DNA of 64,000 nt from Malacoraja senta (Eukaryota). Below the pieces are notes generated by a model. It was not told the origin of the DNA. It made no database searches and saw only the letters and a list, made by a program, of their open reading frames with translations. Location: contig CM075998.1 in the NCBI GenBank assembly GCA_038087875.1, positions 2,108,001-2,172,000 of the forward strand. Direction: 5' to 3'. Below, piece by piece: positions 47,052 to 59,372 of the stretch. The position numbers and the translations under genes are program-made. Position 1 is the first letter of the stretch. Every line of letters starts with the position of its first letter.

Positions 47052-49869
47052 GTATGTTATTCACAGTCATTCTTAAGATCGGAGTGACTGTCGTGAGATT
47101 TTGGCCCTCTTCCTAAAGGAATTTTATTTGAGACTTGAAATTCCTGCATCTATTCCCAGAAGACTGTTTAGTTTAGCAGAAAACAAAACTAAGCAGAAAA
47201 TCATTATTGATGTAAACAAATAGTGTATGTTGTTTAATAACAATTTATGCTTTAGCAAATTTGAAAGGTCAATTAAAAAGACGATGCCTACTTGTGCATG
47301 TGCAGTGACTTGAAAACAAATAGACTTGAAATAATCGGGAGCAGATATGACGATCACTTGCTGAATCATAGCATTGAATCATATTTAATTAGCAGATTCG
47401 TATTGTCAAAGTTGATGTAAATGAAAAGGCACTTTTATATTACAATTCCAGGTGAATTGCTCACCCCTTTATCTGAGCAATCACTATTTCAACTTCGTCT
47501 CTTGGGGGTAGAAGCATATAATTTACGATCAATGGTGTTGCTTAATGTGAAAGACTAATAACTGCGCATTGCCAATTAGCAATCTTACTTTCTTGTTTAG
47601 TTTTGCTACACATGCTTGGCACTGAACCTTACTCTCCCGTCGTGTTACTTATTGATTCATACTGACTTCCAAGCTCCCAATATGTTTACAAAACATGGCC
47701 TTTAAAATTTAATTATGCCTGTACTCATTTTCCTCTCTGTTCACTTTTCCATAAGTTCCCCTGACTTTGTCATTTTGTGCATGCCTTCATTTATTTTATT
47801 GTTTTTTTACTATAAGCTTGGTCCATTCCTACCATGCACCCTTCTGTTTATCTATTCTTAAAACTTGTCTGTTTCACCAAGCTTTCCTAACTTTGCTTAA
47901 TTTTAATTTAATTCTTAAGTTCATTCTTGATTTGAATTCATTTGTAGCTGAGCATCTTGCTTGCCATAGACTGGTAATGTAACAAATTGAGAATTAAATC
48001 TGTTACTTCCTGGTAAATATATTGCTTAGTACAAGTGGGATGTCTTCTGTTGATATAACCGATCTTAACTTTCTATCAGTGAGAATACAAGAGTTTTGAC
48101 TCCCAACTGTATTTTGTTGCTGGAAAGTGCTCATTCATATACCATATGCCTTCTTTCCCACTCTCAATAGGGTGGGAATCGCCTCTTGCAATTCAGAAAG
48201 AGGCCATTCAGCTCATCAGGTCTGTGCTGGCTCCCTCCAGCAAACACGTCAGTTCCATTCTCTTGCGTTCACCAACTACTCCTTGACTTTCCTGCTGCAT
48301 ACCTACGCTAGGGGTGGTCAATTAAACTACCAGCTGGCATGTCTTTGGGATGCGAGGGAATTATCCGTGAGGTCTCATGGAGAATGTACAAACACCATGT
48401 AGATGTCACTAAAGGCGATGATCGAATTGAGTTGCTGGAGCTGTGAGACAGCGGCATTAACTGCTGCACCTATGTCGATCACCTCCAGTCAGGTGTGGCT
48501 GCTGCTCTTGCGTTTAATCCTTAGTTTGTTGTGAATCAGTTGATTTTGGCTATGGTGTTGCAGTTAGCCTCAGCATATTGATGCAAATGTAACTACCTCC
48601 TGATAGGTGCAGCCTATCATTGACATTCCTTCTTCTCTCTATCTCTCCCCCCCCCCCCCCCTCCTCTGCAACTCAATACATGTGTTTATTCTTTTCCAAA
48701 ATGTGGACTCTTTCCGATGCTGCTCCAAACACTCTAGTTTATGTTTCAACTTTCCGACAACAGTGGGGGGTTTTTGCTCCAATTGCTGATTATTACTCTT
48801 TTGTTCCTGAAAGAAAGCTAAGTATCTGAGGAAGATAGAATTGGACTGTGTTGTGATGTTGGCAGGAGTTGTATATCTTGTTGTTTTGAAGTGTTTATGA
48901 AAAAATATTGTGCACGCGAGGTAGCCTTGATGTCATTTTTTTTTAAATGCGACAAATTATCTTGCCTTTTGGGAATGGAAGGGTCAAGGTTGATAAGAGT
49001 GTTTTGCACATAATTCCTTATATTTAGCACATTGCAGCAACTGATTCCAGTGGCTTGATCACAAGTCCCCTACTTGCTCATTCTTACTACACAGTTTCGT
49101 TATTTCTGGCAACAAAATGCTTTTAAACCCCACGCAGGCACTGGCTTAACTACCACTTTCGGATTTCCCTTGTTATCTTTCATTCTCCACAGCCTTTATA
49201 TTTTGCTCTGTAGATTCTTGGTTAAAACACTTTTTGCAATGTATAATGTAGGTGTATACAAAAATATAATTTAATTGCAATATCCAAGTGAAATAAATAA
49301 TTTTTTCTGTTTATTATTTTTTTTAAAGTGTCATTTTGAGAAGTAACTGGTGCGCTGAATATTCAGTATTTTGCACTACAAACACATGGATCTAGTTACT
49401 GGGAATACTTGATGCTCGGATTAGGAATTCAAATGACAGAAGTGATTTTGAAAGATTTAGCCCAGTGGCATTCACTTGCAGGACTAATGAATGGATCCAT
49501 TTGATCCTTTGGAATTTGCTTATAGTTGAAGAATTTGAGTGAATGGAAATGATTTGGTCCTTTGGAATTCAATGTCAGTGGGTGTACATGGGAAGGGATT
49601 TGGTCGTTAGAGTTTGTCAAATAATGGAACTGAATGGAAAATAATGTAACCCTCTCAGCTCCATTGGACCAAACTATCCTTCGATCAAGGAATGGGTATA
49701 TTTATTTGGTGTTTATCAGGTTATGAGATGTTTTAGCAACATGTTTTGTAGTGCAGCCAATCATTTGTTAGAAGCATTAACTGCTTCGCCTTAATTTTAC
49801 TCTGCGTTGTAGGGAAAAAATGTTCACCCAAGAAGCTATTCATGACCGACATTTTGGTTTTTGAATGTC

Positions 49870-50440
49870 TAGTATGCATTTTTAAACATTGCACTTCACT
49901 AGTGGAAAGATATTGCCAACATTGTCTCTGCAAGATCTCCCAAATACACTGGAAAGATAAGTGAGCTAACATATGTGGTCTCTGTCAGGCCAGTGTCCCC
50001 AGCATTGAGTCCCTAATTACACTGGGTCAGCTTCATGGAGTGTGACACATCATTCACATGCCCAAAACAGAAGCACTCTTCCAATCTCTGTCGTGGAGAA
50101 AAAACTACCGGGTAGACAGAAAAAGATTTCAAGATATGCTCAAAGCTGTCTTGAAATGCAGCAAAGTACTTCTCTGACTCTTGAGAATCCCTGGGCTCTC
50201 AAAATAGAGAAAGAGCATTCAGGGTAATGTTGAGAGTGCATGCAATGGAGCCCACACAAACTCTGCGTAAACGGTGGAATGAGTGAACCACCTGGCAAAC
50301 TATCCACCCATCTGCCTTGTCAGGCACCTCCTGTCCCATCTGAGGAAGAGCCTGCAGGTCCCGTCCTTTCCTTGTCTAGCTACAGCAATGTAGTTGACAT
50401 ACTTCATAGCAGCACAATTGAGATGGCTGTGTGCTGAAGG
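49870..50440 (+). mobile_element. RTE-clade LINE 3' remnant
   Basis: ERYCQHCLCKISQIHWKDK*AN..PSIESLITLGQL..HIIHMP..PGRQKK.FQDMLKA.L. Confidence 0.75.
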
Positions 50441-50649
50441 AAAAAGTTCCCAGTATGCGTTTCCACATGGTGGTGGAACCAACGTGATGAGCAGTGATGC
50501 CTGTGTCACAGCCATATAAGATACATTTTTATATCACGACAGGAGTGAATGTGGTAAAACCCTGTATTCTCACAAAGTTCACCCTGCATGTTGTGTGGCA
50601 CTGCCGTCATGCTAAAGGAATAGATTCAGAACCTGGAGTATAAAACTGG

Positions 50650-51090
50650 GGTTTGACGGTACTGGGCCTGTACTCGCTGGAGTTCAGAAGGTTGAGGGGG
50701 GACCTCATTGAAACTTTCCGATTAGTGAAAGGCTTGGATAGAGTGGATGTGGAGAGAATGTTTCTACTAGGACGAGAGGTCATAGCCTCAGCATTAAAGA
50801 ATGTTTCGTTAGGAAGGAGATGAGGAGGAATTTCTTTGGTCAGTGGGTGGTGAACCTGAGGAATTCTTTGCCACAAAAGGCTGTGGAGGCCAAGTCAATG
50901 GATATTTTTAAGGCAGAGAGAGATACATTCTTTATTAGTATGGGTGTCAGGGATTATGGGGATAAGGAAGGAGAATGGGGATAGGAGGGAGAGATAGATA
51001 CAAAACGATAGAACTTTATTTATCCCAGGAGGGAAATTGATCTGCCATAGTCAACTTGATGGGCTGAATGGCCTAATTCTGCACCTATTG
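50650..51090 (+). mobile_element. Young CR1 3' end
   Basis: LGLYSLEFRRLRGDLIETFRLVKGLDRVDVERMF..EMRRNFFGQWVVNL.NSLPQKAVEAKSMDIFKAE. Confidence 0.9.
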
Positions 51091-51539
51091 TGAAATTGTG
51101 CAGAAGTTCCGTCCACCTTATAACCTGTCAGATTCGTCCAACACAGAAACACATATGACCTTATAATACCTGAGGTACCGAGCAAAAGTGATGAATCAAT
51201 CATCGGCTACAACTCCTAGCCCAGCATGTCACTAACTCTGTCAGTACCATCAAACCAGGGGTCCATTGTAGACACAAAGAACTGGAGATGCTGGTTTAAA
51301 AAAAAACAAACGCTAAGTGCCGGAAAAAACGGGTTCGACCCTGGTTCATTAAGTAGTGTAGAAGTGTATGTCGGGAGGAGCGTCAGGCACACTTTTTAAA
51401 ATGTGCCCATGTGCTGAATTTACCACAAAGGACAATGTGGGTGAAACAGTGAAAGCAACATAACAGTACAATCAATGGGTCAAATCAAACCTGTCCGGCC
51501 AAGCTATGTATGGTTATAAATAGTTGCATACAATTAAAT

Positions 51540-52520
51540 GGCTCAAGAGGAGGCGGTCAAAAAAGGCAACCCCATTCTTCAGAGCCCAGCATGTGTGCCA
51601 AAGAGAACACTAAAAGAATTTACAGCAATCTTCTGCCAGAAGTACCAAGGGCATGATTCAACTCTGCCTCCTCCTGAAGTCTCCACTGTTATAGAAGCCT
51701 GTCCTGAGCCAACTCATTTAATTCCATGTGATATCAGAGAGGGTTGAAAAACAGCCAAGGCTTTGAGCTTTTTTGAAGTCTCAGTTGTAGTGGGGGAGGT
51801 TTGGGCTTCAGAACTAACTGTGCCTCCAGCCACGTTTTAACAGTACAACTACAGTGCTTGGCATAGACCCATCAATGTGGAAAATTGCCCAGGTACGTCC
51901 TGTCTGTGAAAAGCAGGACAAATATAATCCAGCCAATTACCAGTTGATCAATCTGATTTAAATCATGGGAGGGATGTTATCAAGCAGCATTTCCTCGATC
52001 AATAACCTGCTTTTCACAGGACATACCTGGGCAATTTTCAGCAGAACCCAAACTAAGCATTAGTGCTGAATTTACGATATCATGACTGTCCTTGGTCAAA
52101 ATGCAATCCAATTAAGTTTGACTGAGTGTGGCAACAAACAGCTCCAGTGAAATATGAAGGTGGTGGGGTGGGACTGGATGGGGTCTGAGGGGGTAGGGGG
52201 TGGGGCAGGCACTGAGGGGGTGGGGGAGGTGCAGGGACCGAGGTGGGGGGGGCATTACAACCTGGAGGTATATCGATCACAAACAAAGATGGTTGTGGCT
52301 TAATGTTTAATGATTAATGTTTTATGTGTCATTCCTAACTCATTGTATGTCATGTTGTCACTTGCGGGTGAACCACCAAGGCAAATTCCTTGTATGTGAA
52401 TACTTGGCCAATATTCATTCATTCAGCTGTTGTGATCTCTCAATCCAAGGACGTTGCTGCAATAGTTCCTCAGGGCAGTGTCCCAAGCGAATCCTTGTTC
52501 AGCTACCTTCTAAACATCTC
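51540..52520 (+). mobile_element. CR1-group RT fragment with nested insertions
   Basis: GIDPSMWKIAQVRPVCEKQDKYNPANY...VPQGSV, interrupted by a G-rich tract (52159-52252) and a short retro-tail (52299-52425). Confidence 0.75.
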
Positions 52521-53897
52521 TTTGTGTCGCCTTCGTAATCTGTTTTTTTGCACAGAATGTATATTTTCATAAGTAAAGTTGCCCTTGAATGGTTTGGATT
52601 TGACCAGGCCATGATACATAATTGAGCACTAAACCAATCTCAGTCTCTTTTTCAAAATCCTAGATGGAGTTTTTCATAAGCTTATTGTTCTGTTTTTGTG
52701 ATGAGAAACAGATTTACTGGTGTAACTTGCTGAGTGCAATATCCGGGACTCTAAGATAAATGAGTACATTGCTAAATTGGCTAGTCGCTTCCAATAAAAT
52801 CTAAAGATAATTAAGTGATCTCTTCTGGTTGGTCATGGTTAGAAGTAACAAAGCTGTGCCGATCAGAGAAATCTTTTGCATTCATCTGAGGGCCAAATGG
52901 GGCCCAATACTCAGTTAATTTTCTGTGTGGAGAATTGTAACTTGGGTGATATGAAATGCACCTCTGAAACTATTCCTGAAAGAGGGTGTGTCTCATGGAG
53001 GTGGAGCCAGGGGAGGAAATATCAAGTGGACTTTTAACACCAAATGCACTTCAGTGTTGAGGTGGAACTTGGCTGTCAGTTGGCTTTTGGATGCTGAGCT
53101 TAAAAATTATGTAAAATTAATGCTTGAATCAAGAAATCTTTTGTTAAAATGAATGTGAAATGGTTTGGTTAAGTGGAACTCAGTTGGTATTAAATGTATT
53201 GATTTGACTGAATCCAGATTAAAACAATGCAGGTCTCTGTTACAGCAAACATAAAATGCATTATGTAAGGACACTACATTTAAACCTCAGAATATGTTTA
53301 AGAGGAATATTTTTTGGCAATTTGGTAAGCATACACAGTTGGAGCGACGAGAGAAAGTGTTCATTTATGTTGCTGAGCAAATTTGTCAAGTCAACTCTCA
53401 AGGTACGTTGAACTGTCTTTTATTTTGTCAGATCAACAGCCGAATTCAGGGCACAACCTATGCTGATTGTACTTTACTTTTAAACTAAATTAAAGAGGAA
53501 CTTGTATTCTAATTGTCGTGGAGTTTGAAGTCATTTCTTTGGCAGGCATGAGAGATCTGGAATTTTTTGGTTATAGCTTTATAAGAGGAAATGGAACTCA
53601 AAAGATAATACATGTAAACTTTGGGTACAGTTCCTGAGCTTATTTAAAGACTGGACAACCTGTTTCCCTATATTAGCATTGTATAGTAACTTAGTACATT
53701 TGCAATCTTTAACCTCATACTGTCAACAGCTATGCATTTCAGAGACTTGCTGTGTCGCTATCCTACAGCCTTGACTTATAAGCGCCCGATGCAATCAAAT
53801 CTGGGGAAAAGGTGATGCTGATCCTTGTATGGTTGTAAGACAAATTTATCTATCAGAAGGTCCAAACTACACAAAGAACAAACAGTTATTTTGCCAG

Positions 53898-54003
53898 GTA
53901 GACACAAAATGCTGGAGTAACTCAGCGGGACAGGCAGCATCTCTGGAGAGAAGGAATGGGTGACATTTCGGGTCGAGACCCTTCTTCACTGATGTCAGGG
54001 CTT
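53898..54003 (-). mobile_element. Penelope-derived short element with 9-bp TSD
   Basis: TTTTGCCAG at 53889-53897 and 54004-54012. Confidence 0.75.
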
Positions 54004-55543
54004 TTTTGCCAGCTTCTATCAGCTACGAAGGTGCCTTGAGGATCTGAGCTGATCTGGACACATTCCTGATAATGTCTGCTTCTGTAGATACTGACTTTAT
54101 ACTCTCAAAATTGTATCCCCAGCATAAAATAGCCTGAACTAAGTCCCCTCCCTCCACGTGGCTTCTCTTGGTGTTCAAGGTGAAATCTGGTTAATTTGAT
54201 AAAACTTGTGTTCTTGAACTACATATGGAGGAAATTGACAAGTGCATCTTACTTTCCAGCCTTTCTCTGTTGTCCTCTCCATTTCTGTGCTGAAATTCTT
54301 AAGTTAGACAAAGAATGGTTCTGTGCACTACCATATCAAAGCTAATTTCCCCTGACTGATGTGCATTGGGGATCAATTGATAAGAGGTGAGTGTTGTCAT
54401 TGTCTACAAGCGTGTCACTAATTGAGGCAAGAAAGTCCAATTAAGAAAATTTGGAATTTCTGCCCTGTCTGTGGCTCATCAAGGGTGGATCGTAGAAAAA
54501 TAGGTGCAGGAGTAGGCCATTCGAGCCAGCCATTCAATATGATCATGGCTGATCATCTAAAATCAGTACCTCGTTGCTGTTTTTTCCCCATATCCCTTGA
54601 TTCCTTTAGCCCTTCGAGCTAATCTCACTTTTGATGACTTTCGGGGTTGTCAGGCTATTGAGATCTTTTTGAAGTCCAATCATTGTAAGAAATGGGCAGG
54701 TAGCTTGTGCAGAACCTCACAGCAATGTGATCATGACCAAATAATGTGTTTTAGGGATGTCAATTAAGGGTCAAATTATTAAACTTGACACTGGGCGAAT
54801 GTGTCTCCTGTCTAGTGCTACAGAGTAATTTGTAACCCCCTTAGAGTGGTTAGCAAGCAACAAAATTGTACCTCGGTACACGTGACAATAAACTAAACTG
54901 AAACATCTCTGCAGACAGGATCTCCGGCACAACTTGGCAACTTAGCTTCCCACGTCCTGCACTGGATTGCTGTGTAACTTTGATTTATGTGCTCAAATCT
55001 CTTGACTGTCTTAAGCCCACAACATTCAGACTCCAGAAGTAACACTGTTACTCAATGAACCCAAAGCTAATGCGGTAACATGTACAGTTTTGCCCAGTAC
55101 ATTGTAAGGGTTGGCCCATTGCATTCTACTGTAAATAAAATCATTTGAAAATAATCAAATTGAAGCTTGGTGAGGTGAGCATCACCCTGGTTCTTCAGAG
55201 AGGCTGTATCACTCGCCCAAGCTATTGTTTTGCATCTATCGTCATTATTGTAGAGCTTCGTATCACAGTTGCCAAGGGGAACTGATTGGCATCCCAGAGT
55301 ACACGGGCCATTAGGACAAAATAGCCTATTCTGTTCATTGTTTCAGAGTGACTTGTCACTGGTCATCTGAAAGGGAGAGCGTTGCTTCCTACCAAGCACA
55401 TCTCCAACCTTAGCCACAATGCTTGCATGAAACAAAGATAAGCAAAACTTGGGTTTAAAGGCTGGTGTGTAGGTACTGGATTACCCAGGGGAATCAAAAA
55501 GCACATGAATATCTATTGTGTAGGAAGGAATGGCAGACCTTCT

Positions 55544-55579
55544 CAGTCTGAAGAAGGGTTTTGACCCGAAACGTCACCC
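55544..55579 (+). ncRNA. Minimal type I hammerhead motif within TSD-flanked element 55519-55617
   Basis: CAGU-CUGAAGA-A-GGGU-UUUG-ACCC-GAAA-CGUC^ACCC. TSD TGAATAT(C/T)TATTG at 55506-55518 and 55618-55630. Helix I is only 2 bp. Confidence 0.6.
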
Positions 55580-57278
55580 ATTCCTTTTCTCCAGAGTTAC
55601 TCCAGCATTTTGTGTCTTGAATATTTATTGATTGATTCTAAAGAGGAGTCATCAAAGTAAATGTATTTGTAATTTTGATGCAGAATGCCTTCCCATGCTT
55701 GAAGGGTGCAGTGATAGCATGGTCAATGATGTATGTTCAGAAAATAATAAAGTAAGCTCTCAACTATTTAAAGTTTGCAAAATGCTTGTGAATGATGTTC
55801 GGTAAATTGAGCTGCGGCAGCAGTCAACTTGTTGAAGTACATGAAAGGGTTCTTTCATATGATTTTCAGGATGTGTCTGGAAGCTGCTGGAATACTCTCT
55901 GTTTTCAGAGGAATGCTTTAATCTCCAGTAAAAAATGTAGTGTTCACAAATTTAAATAGTTTCAGAAATTTTCATCATCCCCCTTCACATCTCCTGTCCT
56001 GTGTAATTACACTTCTGACCTAGGAATCTAATTGCTGTATTTTGCAAGTTGAATCATTTACTTGCATTTTTTTGTTAAAAAGGAAATTGTAAAGTTCTGA
56101 CGATGGTTTGTATGTATATATTTAATTTTGTCATATTTATATTTCCTTATAACATGGTCTTGATGGGCCAAATAACCTCCAGTGTCAGCTTTCAGAACAG
56201 TCCCATCCCCCCCCCCCCCCCCCCCCCCACACACGTATTTCCTGGAAACTTATTCTCTCGCACATGGCTATCAACTTTATCCTCGCCCACTCCTCCCCAC
56301 CCCACGTGGATTCTCCTGCCATCTGGCTTCACCTGGGGTAATTCACAGTATTACACAGCCGCTTAACCTAACAAACCACATCTTCAGGATGTGGAAGGAA
56401 ACTGGAGCACGGACAGAGGGAGAGAGGTGGGTAGAAACCCATGCAGTCATTGGCCGAGTGTGTAACCTCCGCACAAACAGCAACCTTGATCTGGATCAAA
56501 CGAGGGTTGCTGGAGCTGTGCGACAGCTATACAAACTGCTGGGCCCCTGGGTCTCTTCCCCCAACCATGTGGTTAAACAAGATCAGAACATGTGCAAAAA
56601 GAAAACTGGCTTTTGAGACACGAGACATTCTTGCTGTCTGCCAGTTGAATGAAAACTGTCTTATGGCTTAATGCTGTGTGTTTTTTTTCCTGCACTTGCT
56701 TTGTATGGAAATTTGCACATTCTGGGGAATCCTTTTGCATTTGGACAGGTTGTACGGATAGGAAAGGTTTAGAGGAACATGGGGTCAACATGAGCAAATG
56801 GGACTGGCTCAGGTGGAGTAGCTTGGTCCGCATGGACGTGTTGGACAGAGGGCCCGAATCCATGCTGTGTGGGTCTGACTTGTGAAGTGAGTGTCATAAT
56901 TTGGTGAATGTGAAAGAATTTCAAATTTGGTTTTCTCGAGTGGACTGGAACATTTATGGGCATCCTTTAAGGTATTAGTTTTTGGAAAGTGAGCAAATCT
57001 CTGGATAGAAATTGTAATCAAACACAATTAATTTCCTGTGATCTTTTAAAAGGGAGAGGAATTGTTAATTTTCCATGCCGTAAAATAAGAAAATTGTGGT
57101 GGATTAGTTTGGAGGGAAAGAGAAGTGCCTTGATTATTGTTAACTGGGTGTTCATTAAAAAATAAATGGATGCCTCGTGATTGTGTATTGTGGCATTGTA
57201 GTGCGCCAAAAACGGTTTCATTTTCACGGTGTGTCAACCATTTCCATCCAAGTCAATTCCATCAAACAATGCAGATGA

Positions 57279-57457
57279 TAGACACAAAAAGCTGGAGTAA
57301 ATTACAGGCAGCATCTCTGGAGTGAAAGAATGGGTGACGTTTCGAGTTGAGACTCAGACAGTCTCTCCTTCTCTCCAGAGATGCTGCCTGTCCTGCTAAG
57401 TTACTCCAGATTTTTGTGTCTATCTTTGCTTTAAACCAGCATCTGCGGTTCCATCCT
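57279..57457. mobile_element. Fold-back Penelope-derived element with 15-bp TSD
   Basis: AAACAATGCAGATGA at 57264-57278 and 57458-57472; inverted arms at ~57277-57322 and ~57373-57424. Confidence 0.8.
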
Positions 57458-57699
57458 AAACAATGCAGATGAATGTGCCACGAAAGCCAGGCATGCAGGG
57501 ACATGTCAGGTGATTAGTGGGTGGTGGATTGTAATCGGACGTAATGTTTCTTGTTGCAGTCTCAAGAATACAGTTTTTGATATTTGAAAATATACTGGCG
57601 ATCTACCTGTATACCAGTACAAAAAGAATAGTGAGATTATTCATTTGCTGAGAAGATTAGAAAAAGGAACATTTTTTAAGTGTAAAACATTTTGTTAAT

Positions 57700-58050
57700 G
57701 TTGATATACAGAGGGATATTGGTTTCCTGGTACACAAAGGTAACTTTGAAGGTGCAGCAGGCAATTCAAAGAGCAAATAGAATGTTGTTTTCATTGCAAG
57801 GATTGAATTGCAAGATTAAGGATGTGTTTGAGATTGCACCAGGCGTGCACCTGGAGTACTATGTGCCATTTTGGCAAGATAGATCCACAAAAATGATTCC
57901 TGAATGAAGGGGTTGCCTTATTGGGGAGAGAATGAATTACAAAATGGCCCATACTGGTTTAGAGGTCAAAGAAATGATCTCTTGGCAATTTTGAGAAAGT
58001 TTGAGGGAGTAGGTTTTACGAGGCTATTTCTTCGGACTCGAGAGTCCAGA
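57700..58050 (+). mobile_element. Decayed CR1 fragment
   Basis: QVQQAI.KAN.ML- and HLEYYV.FW-like motifs. A similar fragment lies at 61545-62070. Confidence 0.65.
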
Positions 58051-58672
58051 TTTGCCAACCAAAAATGGAACTATTTGGATGATTCCCACAATCTAGCGCT
58101 CAGTCTGTGTCTTTGTGGTTATGGCAGGTACATTTTAAGTGTGCAGTTTCTGCCACAGCTATCTTTTCAAGCTGCAAAGTCCAGACTTCCACTGCTCCTT
58201 TGGGTAGAAAGGAGGAAGGTTTTCTTGACTCCCTTCTAATCTTTCTGCCAATTTTACTCTTCATTTCAATAGATATCAACCCTGCTTGCCATGGAAATAG
58301 GTCCTTGTTCTCTAATTTTGCTCATGATTTAATTTTAAACCTTTTTATGCTTTGTGGTCTATGGTCTAATAACCTTATTATTTAAGCTCTCTTGCAATTT
58401 TAAACATCAGACTTGAGTTGTGCAAAACCTATTTTTTTTGAATGAGAGTTCAGTTTTGCAATTCAGTGCACGTAATTTCGACCCTCCGAGAGTTGTTATG
58501 CTCTCTGTATTCTCCCATGCATTATTATCCTTTTCAGAATTTAGTGCTCAAAAGACATCTGGAATGTGGAGTTACATAATTTATGTTTACATTTTCTGTT
58601 CCAATTCCATTATGTCTTAGCTGACTTGTCATAGCCCGTGAGATCCAAGGAAATTGTAACGATAGTCATTTA

Positions 58673-59372
58673 AGGGCCTGTCCCACTAACGCGACCTTCA
58701 AGCTCGAGGGCACTTGCCTGAAAAACCTCGAGCTGGATCGACTGTCAGCGACGAAACCGCGAGCCAGATCGACCGTCTGCGCACACGCACGCGCGCTCAC
58801 TCACACTCACCCACCAAAGGCAGGGGCCAGGGAAAGCGGGGGAGCACTGTCTGAAATTCACACCCGCGATGAACAAGAAGGTAAAAGACGTCTGGCACAG
58901 TTATGGTAAGTCTTTTAGAGAGTTGGGGGGGGGGGGGGAGAGGAGGGAGAGGAGAGAAGTAGGCGAGAAGTAGGGGAGAAGGAGTGGAGACAGTTTTAAG
59001 AAGCCAGACAACTTTTAATAAAGTTTAGCGGGCATTTAACATTACCGGTCGGTTTATTTTTTTCTCAACAAGCTTTACCTTCGACTTCCTTCGATTACCT
59101 ACAATAGCATTACGGCCTTCCTCGACTAAATCTACGAGTAAAAAAATATTGATTTTTTCCATGGCGACCTTTTTTTACTCGCAGGCATTTTTCAGCTTGC
59201 TGAAAAAAACGACGCGACCTAACTGACGCTTCGAGTACGCGGGGACTACTCTCAAGCATGAAGGAGAGTTACAAAGACCTCCTAGGACCTCGTGTCGACC
59301 ATGCTGCGAGAATGAGTCGAGGGCAAACTCTTCTAAAGTTGCGAATTAGGTCCCCGCAGTGGGACAGGCCCA
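58673..59372. mobile_element. 700-bp non-autonomous DNA transposon, PIF/Harbinger-like
   Basis: 15-bp TIR AGGGCCTGTCCCACT / AGTGGGACAGGCCCA (14/15), TTA duplicated at 58670-58672 and 59373-59375, CpG-rich interior and no transposase ORF. Confidence 0.85.

Noticed and set aside
52698-52770. Box C/D snoRNA (GTGATGA...CTGA)
   Set aside because: No terminal stem or correctly spaced D box, and no recognisable rRNA guide.
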